IMG/VR virus record: IMGVR_UViG_2895778652_000001
Span: 1-64,000 of that record
Length of the DNA stretch: 64,000 nt
Source of the DNA: a virus
Lineage: Duplodnaviria > Caudoviricetes
Strand: one strand, 5' to 3'
A program made the position numbers and the translations under genes. Positions 20,348 to 30,296 of this stretch are shown here, piece after piece. Below the pieces are notes generated by a model. It saw nothing but the letters and a program-made list of their open reading frames with translations. It did no database searches and was not told the origin of the DNA. Numbering within the stretch: position 1 is the first letter of the stretch; the number at the start of each line of letters is the position of its first letter.

Positions 20348-21169
20348 ATGCTGAAACGAATCGTCGAACAGGTGATCAACATCCTGCTGTTGCTGCGGGC
20401 TTACGCGCTGTGGGTGCTGGCGCTGGCGCTGCTGGCAGGCGGGTACGCCTTCGCGCAGGGGAGCGACATCCTCCCCACCATTGACCCCATGAGCTGGGGC
20501 ACGTCGCCCTTCAAATTCGGTGGGTTCATCCTGCTGGCCATCGCGGCGATCAAGCGGGCCAGCGAGCAACAGCAGTTCAAGAAGTACGGCCAGATCACTG
20601 GCAACCCCTGGGTGTGGCGCGGGCTGGCCCTGCTGCTGGGGATCGGCGGCGCGTTCGGACTGAGCATCGCCAATTACGGCGCAGAGCTGGTACTGTTCGG
20701 GCTGGTCTCGCCCTGGACCACCGTGCTGTTCGGGGTGGCCTCCGCCCTGGTGGCAATGGGCGGGCGCGATCTGCTCAAGCAGGCCCTGGGCTGGATCGGT
20801 GCCCCAAACCTGCCCGGCGCACCCGTAGACATGACGCCTCCCGCCACCACGGACCCTGCGCCGCCTTCCGGGTTTGAGAACCTGCTGCCCGCCGGATTCA
20901 CGCCAGATGCCGTCCCTGCACAGGCGCTGCCCTTCTTCGGGGGAGCCATTGGCAGCGCAGTGGTGGAAGCCACGCTGGGTTCGCTGCTGGAAGGCGTGTT
21001 GAATCAGCTCCATCTGCCCGCCACGGCAGACAACATCGCCCACCTGGCGCTCAAACTGATCAAGGTCTTCCCTGATCTGGCGGACGGCGACTTTCATCTG
21101 AACTGGCGCAACCGCGCCGACATCCTGGATGCAACACAGGAACTGCTGGCCGCTGGAGGTCTGAAATGA
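20348..21169 (+). CDS. Multi-TM lysis-module protein (holin or spanin candidate)
   Basis: Four or more TM helices, a Pro-rich linker, GGAGG RBS. Confidence 0.55.
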   Translation: MLKRIVEQVINILLLLRAYALWVLALALLAGGYAFAQGSDILPTIDPMSWGTSPFKFGGFILLAIAAIKRASEQQQFKKYGQITGNPWVWRGLALLLGIGGAFGLSIANYGAELVLFGLVSPWTTVLFGVASALVAMGGRDLLKQALGWIGAPNLPGAPVDMTPPATTDPAPPSGFENLLPAGFTPDAVPAQALPFFGGAIGSAVVEATLGSLLEGVLNQLHLPATADNIAHLALKLIKVFPDLADGDFHLNWRNRADILDATQELLAAGGLK

Positions 21170-21594
21170 AGTACCTGGCAATCATCCTGGCCCTGACCCT
21201 CTCCGCCTGCGCGCCTGTCGCCCAGGTTCTGCAACCCGGTGAGAAGGCCACACTGACCCAGCAGGGCCTGTCCCTGGTGGTCACCAATCCTGGCCCGGAC
21301 GCCTTGACTGGCGATCCCTCTGTGGCGGGCGACGGCCCAGCCCTGAACGTGCGTGGGGTGAACATCAAGCCGGACGCTGGTGCCGCTGCGTGGTGCGAGG
21401 AGGTCAAGATCGACGTCGGTATGCGCTGGCGGTGCGGCCTGCCCGAGATTCCCTTTGACGCGGTCCGCCTCACGCCGCTGAGAATCACCTTCGTACCCAA
21501 CGATGCCAGTCTGGCGGCACAGATCACGAGCGCCTCGCTGGCGGCCTACCGGCCCAGCAAAGGCGCGGTCCCCGTGGTGGTGTACGCAAGGTAG
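21166..21594 (+). CDS. Lipoprotein (outer spanin candidate)
   Basis: MKYLAIILALTLSAC lipobox; last gene of the late operon. Confidence 0.6.
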   Translation: MKYLAIILALTLSACAPVAQVLQPGEKATLTQQGLSLVVTNPGPDALTGDPSVAGDGPALNVRGVNIKPDAGAAAWCEEVKIDVGMRWRCGLPEIPFDAVRLTPLRITFVPNDASLAAQITSASLAAYRPSKGAVPVVVYAR

Positions 21595-21616
21595 CGGACA
21601 ACTCAGGCGATCTGAC

Positions 21617-21662
21617 AGCCCCCACCTTCCTGCGCTTCGGCTTGGGCGGGTGGGGGCTTTTT
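21617..21662 (+). terminator. Late-operon terminator
   Basis: AGCCCCCACC...GGTGGGGGCT followed by TTTT. Confidence 0.75.
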
Positions 21663-21791
21663 GCTGGTGTAAGAGTTTTTTAAGAGCCAACCCCGTAATT
21701 TTCCCCGTACAGAACGCTGTGAATCCCAACCACGCCACCTGGCAACTGGATGGGGCAGGCGACTGCTGTCACCCAGTACTGGAGGCTCAGC

Positions 21792-23444
21792 GTGAAATTT
21801 CTCTATCACGGCGACAACTTGACCGTTTTACGTGACGAGATTGCCGCTAGCAGCATTGACCTCGTCTACCTGGATCCCCCCTTTAATTCCCAGGCGGGCT
21901 ATAACATCCTCTTCAAAGACCATAAGGGTGACAGCAGCGACGCCCAGGCCTTCGCCTTCAAAGACACCTGGGTCTGGGGCGAGGAAAGTGAACAGGCCAT
22001 GCAGGACCTCCTAGTCCGGTATGGAGAACTAGCAACGTTCTTAGACGAGACAGTGCGGCGTCTGGGCAAGAACAGCCTCAGCGCCTACCTGGTCATGATG
22101 GCCGTCCGCCTCGTGGAACTGCACCGGGTACTGAAGCCCACTGGCAGTTTCTACCTGCACTGCGATCCAGCCGCCAGCCACTACCTGAAGATCGTGCTGG
22201 ACATCATCTTCGGCGCTCAACAGTTTCGCAATGAGATCATCTGGAAGCGCAGCAGCGCGCACAACGACAGCAAGCGCTGGGGTGACATTCACGACGTCAT
22301 CCTGTACTACGTCAAGGGGAAGAAATTTACCTGGAACGCTGTCCATACCCCCTACGACGAGAAGTACGTCCAGCAGTTCTACCGGCATGACGACGGGGAT
22401 GGGCGCGGGCCATATCGCTTGAGCGACATGCGCAGCCCCTCGCCACGTCCCAACCTGATGTATGAATGGAAGGGCTATCAGCCACACGCCAATGGCTGGG
22501 CGTACAAGCCCGAAACGATGCAGCGTTTGCACGACGAGGGGCGAATCCACTATCCCCCAGACAAAACGAAGCGGCTGGCCTTAAAGCGTTTTTTAAGAGA
22601 GATGCCTGGAGTCTCCATTCAGGACGTCATCACAGACATTGGTCCGCTCTCTTCTCAAGCTCAAGAGCGGCTGGGCTATCCCACCCAGAAGCCCGTGAGT
22701 CTGCTGGAACGCATCATCCAGGCCAGCAGCAATCCTGGCGACGTGGTGCTGGACCCGTTCTGCGGCTGCGGCACCACCATCAGCGCCGCCGAGAAGTTGG
22801 GGCGCGCCTGGGTAGGCATCGATGTCACCCACCTGAGCATCTCCCTGATCAAAGAACGACTCAGGACGGACCACCAGTTGCTGCCAGGCAAGGGATACGA
22901 GGAACTCTCGCTTCCCATCGACAAGGCCGGGGCTAGGTTCCTGGCTGAGAACAATCCCTTCCAGTTCCAGTTTTGGGCCGTCCATGAAATTGGTGGAACC
23001 GCGTTCGGGGCGGTAGGCGATGACCGGCGCGGGAAGAAGGGGCCGGACCGGGGTATCGACGGCCAGATCTTCTTCCGCACGCCTACTGGCGGCAAGATCG
23101 AGAAGGTGATCATCAGCGTCAAGGCGGGTCACAACATTGGACCAGCCATGGTCAGAGATCTTCGCGGCACAGTGGAGCGGGAGGCTGCTGCCATCGGGGT
23201 GCTGCTGCTCGCGCATGAGCCAACAAAAGGCATGATTCAGGAGACCGCTCAGGCAGGCTCTTACGAATGGGAGGGGCGGACCTTCCCGAAACTGCAGATC
23301 TTGACGGCGGCGGATGTGATCGACGGTAAACGCCCGCAACTGCCTGCTGGCTCAGTCAACGTAAGTCTGGAACGCAAACCGGCGCAGAGCCTGACGGGCA
23401 AGAAAGGGAAAGATAAGGGAGCGACGCCGCTGTTTGCTGATTAG
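21792..23444 (+). CDS. N4/N6 (beta-class) DNA methyltransferase with a C-terminal Mrr-like PD-(D/E)xK domain
   Basis: [16 protein letters not shown] and [11 protein letters not shown] motifs; C-terminal DRGIDG...ISVKAG. GGAGG RBS before GTG 21792. Confidence 0.88.
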   Translation: MKFLYHGDNLTVLRDEIAASSIDLVYLDPPFNSQAGYNILFKDHKGDSSDAQAFAFKDTWVWGEESEQAMQDLLVRYGELATFLDETVRRLGKNSLSAYLVMMAVRLVELHRVLKPTGSFYLHCDPAASHYLKIVLDIIFGAQQFRNEIIWKRSSAHNDSKRWGDIHDVILYYVKGKKFTWNAVHTPYDEKYVQQFYRHDDGDGRGPYRLSDMRSPSPRPNLMYEWKGYQPHANGWAYKPETMQRLHDEGRIHYPPDKTKRLALKRFLREMPGVSIQDVITDIGPLSSQAQERLGYPTQKPVSLLERIIQASSNPGDVVLDPFCGCGTTISAAEKLGRAWVGIDVTHLSISLIKERLRTDHQLLPGKGYEELSLPIDKAGARFLAENNPFQFQFWAVHEIGGTAFGAVGDDRRGKKGPDRGIDGQIFFRTPTGGKIEKVIISVKAGHNIGPAMVRDLRGTVEREAAAIGVLLLAHEPTKGMIQETAQAGSYEWEGRTFPKLQILTAADVIDGKRPQLPAGSVNVSLERKPAQSLTGKKGKDKGATPLFAD

Positions 23445-23452
23445 ATACATTT

Positions 23453-24271
23453 TTGCGGCAAGAGAACCGCACAGATATCGAAGGTCGAATAGATCATGAA
23501 TTCTGCTATAAGCAGGCCATGTTGCAGCTTCCCGACGTTCCTTTTGGCGACCTAGAGATATGGCTTTTCGACACTGATGAGGGACGATCCGTTCTATATC
23601 AAGCCATCCCGATATTTCTAGAACAGGTGCAGGGGATCGCTCACACTCCTGCGGGACAGGAATTGTCACGGCTCCAGCAGGAGCCTACTTTGGACGACAA
23701 GATGGCCAAGCAAGCAATGACCCTAATCCAAATGATCCGGCTTGCGTATCACGAAGCTTCCCATGTCGCCGCATCCCATCTCTTTTTAACAGAGGATCAA
23801 TACATAGTGGGTGAAGTATCTCTTCCAGGTGGGCCGGACCTGCTTGAAGATCATGATGCGGCAGCAAATGGATATTTGCGCGATGGCCCTCAGCAATTGG
23901 ATTACGTATTGACCACTTATATAGCCCCCGAAACGATGGAGCCGACACTAGAAGTTTTCCGCAAAGGCAAGCTGCATCGTACTGGTGGAGACATGAGTTC
24001 AGGAGACTTGGAGGCGATGGCAGACGTCAAGAGAAAATTTGAAGTCGCTAGTCAGCAACAAGGTTTTCTGATGGATAGTAATGAAGCAGAAACAGAAGCG
24101 CGATCCCATCTTCAGTTACATCGCACTGTTTTGAAGGATGCGACGGGACTCGTGGCTGGGATTATATTAAACGGCATTGTTGAGGGTGATCTTAAGATAC
24201 TTGCTGAAGATCTTGAAAAGACTTTAAATTCGCGTTTTCGGCGTGGAGAATTAATTTCTTTAGGGGATTAA
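23453..24271 (+). CDS. Low-GC protein with an M41-like HEXXH motif (start uncertain)
   Basis: AYHEASHVAAS...SSGDLE resembles the FtsH/M41 peptidase motif; AT-rich DNA. Confidence 0.55.
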   Translation: MRQENRTDIEGRIDHEFCYKQAMLQLPDVPFGDLEIWLFDTDEGRSVLYQAIPIFLEQVQGIAHTPAGQELSRLQQEPTLDDKMAKQAMTLIQMIRLAYHEASHVAASHLFLTEDQYIVGEVSLPGGPDLLEDHDAAANGYLRDGPQQLDYVLTTYIAPETMEPTLEVFRKGKLHRTGGDMSSGDLEAMADVKRKFEVASQQQGFLMDSNEAETEARSHLQLHRTVLKDATGLVAGIILNGIVEGDLKILAEDLEKTLNSRFRRGELISLGD

Positions 24272-24502
24272 AAAGGTGGTTGAACAAATTAGTCATTTGG
24301 TCAGTCCGATGACCTCCCCTCCCCTGCTGAGCGGACGGCCCTCGCGGATTACCTGGGCTGCCACGAGGAAGCCCGGGCTGCGGCCTGGGCCGCGTGGTGT
24401 GCCGAGTTGAACCCACTGGACTGGGATCAGGCGGAGTACTGGCTGGACGTGGAATTCGTGGAACCTTGCCCGGAGCATCAACTCTGACCCACCAGTAGCC
24501 CA

Positions 24503-24964
24503 TCAGTTCGGAATAGCAGCCTCCCTGCCCCTGGCCGCCTCCACCTGGTTGCTCAGCGTGTTGACCATGATCATCCCGTGCATGCGGGGATAAGGACTCC
24601 GTGCGCCGATCATCAGTCCCGTCAGGAGTGCCCACAGTCGCTGAACGGGTGCCTCGTCATGCAGCATCTCGATGACGCCGATAAGGACAGGGTGATCCCT
24701 GTACGTCTCCAGAAAAGCGGTGGCGACAGGCGTTTCCTCCTGGATTCTCGCCCAGATATGGCACTCCAATTCGTCCAGAAGGGCACCGTCGTCTTCGGCG
24801 GTCCCAAGGGAGAGCTGTCCAGCGGCCAGGCCGCCCGTCACGCACAGGACTTCGGCGCTCCGCCCTTCAAGCATCAGTTCGACGATTCGCTCAAGTGCGC
24901 CGAACTGATGGGCTTTTTGGAGGGCGGGAATGGTGAACGTGGGGGCGGGTGACGTTTCGCTCAT
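24503..24964 (-). CDS. Hypothetical protein
   Basis: 153-aa ORF; TAGAAT lies 6 nt before the ATG (leaderless-type start). Confidence 0.55.
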   Translation of the reverse strand: MSETSPAPTFTIPALQKAHQFGALERIVELMLEGRSAEVLCVTGGLAAGQLSLGTAEDDGALLDELECHIWARIQEETPVATAFLETYRDHPVLIGVIEMLHDEAPVQRLWALLTGLMIGARSPYPRMHGMIMVNTLSNQVEAARGREAAIPN

Positions 24965-25059
24965 TGCGTAATTCTATCAACGGAATAAGGTCAATCCCGC
25001 CCGAAAGCCCTGGCCAGTGCAGCCGCGCCCCCTGGCACCCCGCCTCATTCCTGTATCTA

Positions 25060-26548
25060 GGGTGTCCAGAAGGACAGTAAGCTCCTCCAGTGTCGGAATT
25101 CTGCGTCCTCCAGGCTGATGAGCTACCCACGCTCGCCCTGCCTGGCACGCGGGTCATAGAGGGCCGATACGGCAACGAGCTGGGCCACAGCCTGTACGTC
25201 TTGAAAGTGCAGCACACACCACGCCTGAACGCCTGTCCCAAATGCGGAGTGTTTGGGGACTTGATCCGCTTCAGCCGCATCGAACAGCATCTCGCCGACA
25301 CCCCCATCTACGCCGCACACGTCCGGCTGGTGATCGAGCGGCAACGCTACCGCTGCAAGAGCTGCGGGGCCACCAGCCTCGAACCCCTGGCGTGGGTCCA
25401 CCCGGACCGCCAGGCCACCCGCCGCCTGGTGGAGGCCATCGAGCGCGACTGCCTGACCCTGAGCAACATCCAGACGGCCCATATGTACGGCGTGGACGAC
25501 AAAACCGTCCGCAACATCCAGGACAATCTGGTGCAGCGGCTGGAACGCAACGCGAAGTTCGAGACGCCCGAATGGCTGGGGATTGATGAGCTGTACATCG
25601 GCGACACGCCGCGCGCCGTGTTCACGAATATTGGCGACGAAACCCTGATCGAGATGCTCGAAGACCGCAGCAAGGCCACCATCATTACCTTCCTGCGCAC
25701 CCTGGACGCCCCCACAGTGCAGGCCGTGACCATCGATATGTGGCGGCCCTACCGGGACGCCGTCCGGGAGGTGCTGCCCCACGCGGCGGTGATCGTGGAC
25801 AAATGGCATGTGGTGCGGCTGGCGAACCATGCCCTGGAGCAGATTCGCAAGAGTTACCGCAAAGGTCTGGATCCCGCGCAGCGCCGTCGGATGCGCGGCA
25901 ACCGCTACACACTCCTCAAGCGGCGCAAGACCCTGACCGAAAAGGAGGTCCGGGACATCGAGAACTGGCGCGGGGAGTTCCCGGACCTGATCGCCGCCTA
26001 TGAGCTGAAAGAACGGTTCTATGGCGTGTATGACGCCAGCACGGCGTTGGAGGCCCGGCGCAGATACGCCCGCTGGCTTGCCAGCGTTCCCGAATCCCTG
26101 CGGATCAAGGGCGGGCCGTGGCATGAGCTGGTGACGGCCATGAGCAATTGGGAGGGCGAGATCATGGCGTATTTCGAGTATCGCCTGACGAACGCCTATA
26201 CCGAGAGCATGAACCGGGTCATCCGCGATATTGATCGCAGTGGACGCGGCCATTCCTTCCGCGTGTTGCGGGCGAAGGCGATCTTCGGGCAGGAATTCCG
26301 GGCGAAAAGCAAACTGGCCAGCCAGTCCAAACGGGCGAGGCGGGCCTTTGACGAGGATGCCCACCAGTATCTGGTCCACCTGGGCGAGCTGAGCGAGTGG
26401 GCCACCACCCGGAGGGAGCCGTCCAGCGATCTCATGTATGGAGCGGACCTGCACCTTGTGGCCGCTTATCTTCACGAGCAGGCCAGGCGGGCGCACAACC
26501 GCCACGGCGATTACTGGCAGTGGTAACAACAGGACTTTCCGGAGTCCC
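25060..26548 (+). mobile_element. ISL3-family insertion sequence (minimal extent)
   Basis: Left end GGGTGTCCAGAA; right end TTTCCGGAGTCCC just after the transposase stop. Inverted repeats are imperfect and no target-site duplication is visible. Confidence 0.55.
25090..26526 (+). CDS. ISL3-family transposase
   Basis: CPKC...RYRCKSC zinc finger; DDE motifs GIDE, TIDMW and TNAYTESMN; VDKWHV. Confidence 0.93.
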   Translation: MSEFCVLQADELPTLALPGTRVIEGRYGNELGHSLYVLKVQHTPRLNACPKCGVFGDLIRFSRIEQHLADTPIYAAHVRLVIERQRYRCKSCGATSLEPLAWVHPDRQATRRLVEAIERDCLTLSNIQTAHMYGVDDKTVRNIQDNLVQRLERNAKFETPEWLGIDELYIGDTPRAVFTNIGDETLIEMLEDRSKATIITFLRTLDAPTVQAVTIDMWRPYRDAVREVLPHAAVIVDKWHVVRLANHALEQIRKSYRKGLDPAQRRRMRGNRYTLLKRRKTLTEKEVRDIENWRGEFPDLIAAYELKERFYGVYDASTALEARRRYARWLASVPESLRIKGGPWHELVTAMSNWEGEIMAYFEYRLTNAYTESMNRVIRDIDRSGRGHSFRVLRAKAIFGQEFRAKSKLASQSKRARRAFDEDAHQYLVHLGELSEWATTRREPSSDLMYGADLHLVAAYLHEQARRAHNRHGDYWQW

Positions 26549-26552
26549 AGTA

Positions 26553-26750
26553 TTAGCGCGCTTTAAACTCCGTCCAGCAGGCCCGCAACACGTCCTCGAC
26601 GCTGCCAGAAGTGGCCCGCAGCCGGAACGCACGGATCTGCGCGTCGCTCCATCCGGCGTAACGAGCAGCCATCATGCAGGCGGCCAGCGCGGCGTAGGCG
26701 TTGCGCCCTTGCAGGTGGGCGCGTGGACGGGGATCGGCGGTCAGGGTCAT
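26553..26750 (-). CDS. Small phage protein
   Basis: GRNAYAALAA...AGWS...ATSG pattern seen in small phage proteins; AGGAGG RBS. Confidence 0.6.
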   Translation of the reverse strand: MTLTADPRPRAHLQGRNAYAALAACMMAARYAGWSDAQIRAFRLRATSGSVEDVLRACWTEFKAR

Positions 26751-26813
26751 GGGCAGGGGCCTCCTGATGTCCAGTGTTCAGGAGGCCCGCTCAGCGCACA
26801 TCTGCCAGATGAG

Positions 26814-27203
26814 CTAGGCCACCCGAATCAGCGCGCCGATGCCCGCCTCGTCTGCCGAGCAGAAGCCGCACTCCACCGCGTCCAGCATCCCGAAATAGCG
26901 CCGCTGATGTGCCCGCTCAGCCCGGTTGTCCTGGCCCTGCGGCAGCGGCACCAGCACGACGGGGCCGCGCAGGGGTTCGCAGGCCGTGGGCAGGCCGATC
27001 AGGCGCGAGGCGGCGGGATTGGCTGCCCGTCCATGCCAGTCGTCCAGATGGACCACCTCAAACCCGTCCAGTTCGTGGAATGCCTCGGGGAGATAGTCAA
27101 TGTGCCCGCCCACCGCGCTCTGCAACGTGGCCAGACGATCCTCGCCGAGCGGCACCGCCAGCGGTTCCCCACCTGCCGGGATCACCACGATGAAGCGGGT
27201 CAT
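26814..27203 (-). CDS. DUF3846-like protein
   Basis: LATLQSAVGGHID...NPAASRL...LRGPVVLV. Confidence 0.6.
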   Translation of the reverse strand: MTRFIVVIPAGGEPLAVPLGEDRLATLQSAVGGHIDYLPEAFHELDGFEVVHLDDWHGRAANPAASRLIGLPTACEPLRGPVVLVPLPQGQDNRAERAHQRRYFGMLDAVECGFCSADEAGIGALIRVA

Positions 27204-27718
27204 GCGTGGCCCCGGAAGTCGCTCACAGCTTGAGCGTAGCGGGCCTGGGCATTCAGCATGGCCTGATGCGCCGCCAGCAGCTCCGAGGGGTCCGGCAGGG
27301 CAGGAGCGGCGGGCGGGGTGGGTTCGGGGTATTCATTCACGCTGAAGGCCAGCGCGACGGGGCCGATGCCCTGAATCAGGCGGGTACCGGCAGTGTTTGG
27401 GCCACTCCGGTTGCTGCTGCGGATAGGTGTGCCATCAAAAATGAATTCGGCGGCAACCTGGAAGGCGTGCTGGGGGTCAGGATCGCTCCGCTGGGCCTTG
27501 GTGCTGTCGAAAAAGTACCGGATGATCGTCTGACCGCCCTGGTAGGCCACGCTCTCCGGGTCCCCCAGGTCTTCCCCAGCCACATGCACGCGCAGCGCGT
27601 AGCCCAGGCAGCCGCCCACCTGCGCCACCTCGGCCTCGGTCAGGATGCGGCCCACGCGTACGGTAACGGTATCGAAATCCTCGGCAATGTCGGGGATGCT
27701 GACGGGGAAGCTGCTCAT
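27200..27718 (-). CDS. Hypothetical protein
   Basis: ATGA-coupled to both neighbours; starts MSSFPV at 27718. Confidence 0.6.
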   Translation of the reverse strand: MSSFPVSIPDIAEDFDTVTVRVGRILTEAEVAQVGGCLGYALRVHVAGEDLGDPESVAYQGGQTIIRYFFDSTKAQRSDPDPQHAFQVAAEFIFDGTPIRSSNRSGPNTAGTRLIQGIGPVALAFSVNEYPEPTPPAAPALPDPSELLAAHQAMLNAQARYAQAVSDFRGHA

Positions 27719-28122
27719 GCGGCACGCCCCATCTGGCCGTAAGCGTATGAACGGACCACAGCCGCATCCTCGGCAGTCAGCGCGGCCAGACTGGGCACCG
27801 GCACTCCGAGAACCTCGCTCGCCAGCGCGTAGTGGCTTTTGTAGCCCAGTGCGCCCAGCTCGCGGTGCAAAGCGCAGGCGGTGGCCTTGCCGATGGGGGC
27901 CGCTTCCAGCACCTCGACCACCACTTCCAGGCGATCGGCGGCGCGCAGAACGCGGTCCGCATGCAGCATGTCCACGGGGCGTCCATCCAATTCGGCGATG
28001 AAGCTCGCGCCCGCGCGCGTCATGGTCACGACATGGACGGCCAGGGCGGTCACGACGCTGCACTCGCGGTAGGTGGTGTAGGCGTTCCAGGTGCGGGTGG
28101 TGGCGCGGGTGTTAGAGTTCAT
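27715..28122 (-). CDS. Hypothetical protein, first gene of a small leftward operon
   Basis: AAGGAA RBS; downstream of a TTGACG/TACTAT promoter. Confidence 0.65.
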   Translation of the reverse strand: MNSNTRATTRTWNAYTTYRECSVVTALAVHVVTMTRAGASFIAELDGRPVDMLHADRVLRAADRLEVVVEVLEAAPIGKATACALHRELGALGYKSHYALASEVLGVPVPSLAALTAEDAAVVRSYAYGQMGRAA

Positions 28123-28189
28123 TTCGATTCCTTCGAACGGGGAGTCAGTGGGGCGCTTCTCGTAGTGGGGTTAGCGCCCTTTCTGCTGT

Positions 28190-28272
28190 CCCTATAGTAA
28201 CCTATTGCGGTACGTTACGTCAAGTGTTACTCTACCCATAACGCAACGGGAGGCGTTACGTTATGAGCATGA
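28190..28272. promoter_or_regulatory. Divergent promoter with two RTAAC-N12-GTTAC operators
   Basis: Operators at 28197-28218 and 28238-28259. Leftward promoter TTGACG-N18-TACTAT; rightward -10 TACGTT. Confidence 0.65.
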
Positions 28273-28478
28273 ATCAGGACGTTAGGCAAGCAGTAAAGAC
28301 CGTCATCAAGGAGAAGGGATTGACTCAGGAACAGGTCGCTGAAGCACTCGGCGTAAATAGGGTCTACGTCAACCGAATGCTTTCTGGCAGTACAAGCAAG
28401 ATGCCCGGGCGCTGGAGTGAACTCCTCGAGTACCTCGACCTGCGTCTGACTGTGGAGTCTTCAAAGGAGAAGCCATGA
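28263..28478 (+). CDS. XRE-family HTH regulator
   Basis: KEKGLTQEQVAEALGVNRVYVNRML helix-turn-helix. Confidence 0.88.
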   Translation: MSMNQDVRQAVKTVIKEKGLTQEQVAEALGVNRVYVNRMLSGSTSKMPGRWSELLEYLDLRLTVESSKEKP

Positions 28479-28696
28479 GCATGGCAGACCGTAGAGCCGT
28501 GATGGAGCTGGCCCACCGTGGCGTGACCCAGCGCAGCCTCGTGGGAGCCGAGGCCCTGATGCGCCTGCCCATTGCCGCTGCCAAAGTGTTGGAGGAGATG
28601 ACGGACGGCCCGGTGCGGGCGTACATGGCTGTGGGCGTGGACGAGGTGGCCGCGCTGGAAGCATTCATGGCCGCGCGGCCGAAGGTGGATGGCTGA
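28475..28696 (+). CDS. Hypothetical protein
   Basis: AAGGAG RBS; ATGA overlap. Confidence 0.6.
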   Translation: MSMADRRAVMELAHRGVTQRSLVGAEALMRLPIAAAKVLEEMTDGPVRAYMAVGVDEVAALEAFMAARPKVDG

Positions 28697-29406
28697 TGGG
28701 CGGTATTGACCCCTGCAAGACCAAGTCAGGTGAACGGCGCAAAGTGCCGTATTACGATGTTTACGGAACAAGCGACGCCGCCGCATTTGCCAACGTCCCC
28801 AAGTCAACGGTGTACCGCGCCATCCGTCTGGGGCAACTGACGCCACTTCCCGACAAGTACGGGCCTGCCACGATTGCCCACGCCGAGCTGGTGCGCTGGA
28901 TGGACACCCGCGACTTTCCTGTTCCGCAGAACAAGCAGCCGGACCCGCCCAAGCCCAAGCAGGTGCTGATGCCGCTGACCCCAGTGAAGGCAGCGCGGCT
29001 GATGGACGTGGACGTGAAGACCATCATGGCGGCCATCGACGGCCACGCTCTGGAAGCCACTGGGCCAGATCGGCGCTCGCTGAAGATCGCGCACGCGGCG
29101 CTGGACACCTGGGACCGCAACGGGCGGCCCATGTGGGTGCGCCAGCCGGAGCCAGTGGCTTACGGCGTGCGTCTGCTGGTAGGCGGTCTGGTGGCTGACA
29201 ACGAGTTGTCCGCGAAGGCTGTGGCCGACGCCGCTGAACGGATGGGCCTGCCCCGCACGATCACCCACAGCATGATCCGGGGCGATCTGGCCCACGCCAG
29301 CGTGACCGCCCTGACCTGTCTGGCAGGCGTGCTGGATCAGATGCTCGGACGGACTCTGGGCCTGGAGGAACTGATCGAGGTCTGGAGACCGGAGGGAAGG
29401 CCGTGA
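28696..29406 (+). CDS. Multi-HTH protein with two excisionase-like (HTH_17) domains
   Basis: DAAAFANVPKSTVYRAIRLGQL and KAARLMDVDVKTIMAAIDGHAL; C-terminal HTH-like segment. Confidence 0.7.
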   Translation: MGGIDPCKTKSGERRKVPYYDVYGTSDAAAFANVPKSTVYRAIRLGQLTPLPDKYGPATIAHAELVRWMDTRDFPVPQNKQPDPPKPKQVLMPLTPVKAARLMDVDVKTIMAAIDGHALEATGPDRRSLKIAHAALDTWDRNGRPMWVRQPEPVAYGVRLLVGGLVADNELSAKAVADAAERMGLPRTITHSMIRGDLAHASVTALTCLAGVLDQMLGRTLGLEELIEVWRPEGRP

Positions 29407-29690
29407 CCCGCACTCTAGCCGATGATCTACGCCAGCTTGAGCGCCTGAACGTCATCATCCACCATCAGGCTGCCGACACGGGCCATCTTCAGGAGCTGCT
29501 GGAACTGCCTCAACTTAAGAAAGACAAGCCTGTCCATCTGCCAGGAGACCGCGCTCGTTGGCACTCTGCCCGCCGACGCCTGCGCTGGATGATCGCCAAG
29601 CGAGACCGATTCGAGATCGTTGTCCGGCAAGCTCTGGAAGAAACGCGCAGCCCTTACGTTACTGACGAGGAGGAACCCGGTGGATTTTAA
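29403..29690 (+). CDS. Hypothetical protein
   Basis: Translationally coupled within the operon. Confidence 0.55.
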   Translation: MTRTLADDLRQLERLNVIIHHQAADTGHLQELLELPQLKKDKPVHLPGDRARWHSARRRLRWMIAKRDRFEIVVRQALEETRSPYVTDEEEPGGF

Positions 29691-30060
29691 TGACAAACGC
29701 GCTCAGGAGCTGCAAATCTACTTCGCCTTGATGGTCCCGCAGTGCATTCTTGACTTCCAGCGGCGTGGCATCACCGACGCCCAGGCCGCAGCGAAGGAGC
29801 TATACGCGCAGGAGGGCTTTCAAGACCGCCTCACCTATTGCGAGGACATGCTGCATGGCCCGTTCGATCAGGACCGCCGCCAGAGCAAACTCGCCTATGC
29901 CCAGGTGATCGCCGCTGCCAGCCTGACGCCGGGCGGAGTGGAGGCGTGGGGCCTACACTTTGAAGCGGCGCGCGGGCCGTTCTATTCGAGTCGCACGCCA
30001 GAGGCCAGCGCCACCGTCATGCTGAACTTTGGGCCGCTGTTTGCTGGGATGGGCGCATGA
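29680..30060 (+). CDS. Hypothetical protein
   Basis: GAGGAGG RBS before GTG 29680. Confidence 0.6.
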   Translation: MDFNDKRAQELQIYFALMVPQCILDFQRRGITDAQAAAKELYAQEGFQDRLTYCEDMLHGPFDQDRRQSKLAYAQVIAAASLTPGGVEAWGLHFEAARGPFYSSRTPEASATVMLNFGPLFAGMGA

Positions 30061-30296
30061 ACAGCTTCAAGATTGGCGATCAGGTGGAAGTGCTGAACGG
30101 TGGCAAGAACATCCTGACAGGTACAAGGGGGCACATCACCGAACTCAGCAGGCCAGGTGAGGGCATCTATCAGTCGGATGGCGTAGACATTCCCGCCTGC
30201 CGCGTGGACTGGCCGGAATGCACCCACGTCTACGGCGGGAAACGCGGCATATGGGTGGACGGACCGAGTCTGCGCCGCCTGGACGCAGAGTCATGA
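30057..30296 (+). CDS. Small SH3/KOW-like protein
   Basis: FKIGDQVEVL...TGTRGHI. Confidence 0.5.
   Translation: MNSFKIGDQVEVLNGGKNILTGTRGHITELSRPGEGIYQSDGVDIPACRVDWPECTHVYGGKRGIWVDGPSLRRLDAES

Noticed and set aside
24192-24503. Small minus-strand ORFs downstream of the 153-aa gene
   Set aside because: Two competing frames with no clear start or motif. Possibly a frameshifted remnant, but not supportable.
25123-26529. 468-aa ORF antisense to the transposase (likewise 40876-42453 opposite the C5 methyltransferase)
   Set aside because: Shadow ORFs of genes with clear catalytic motifs.
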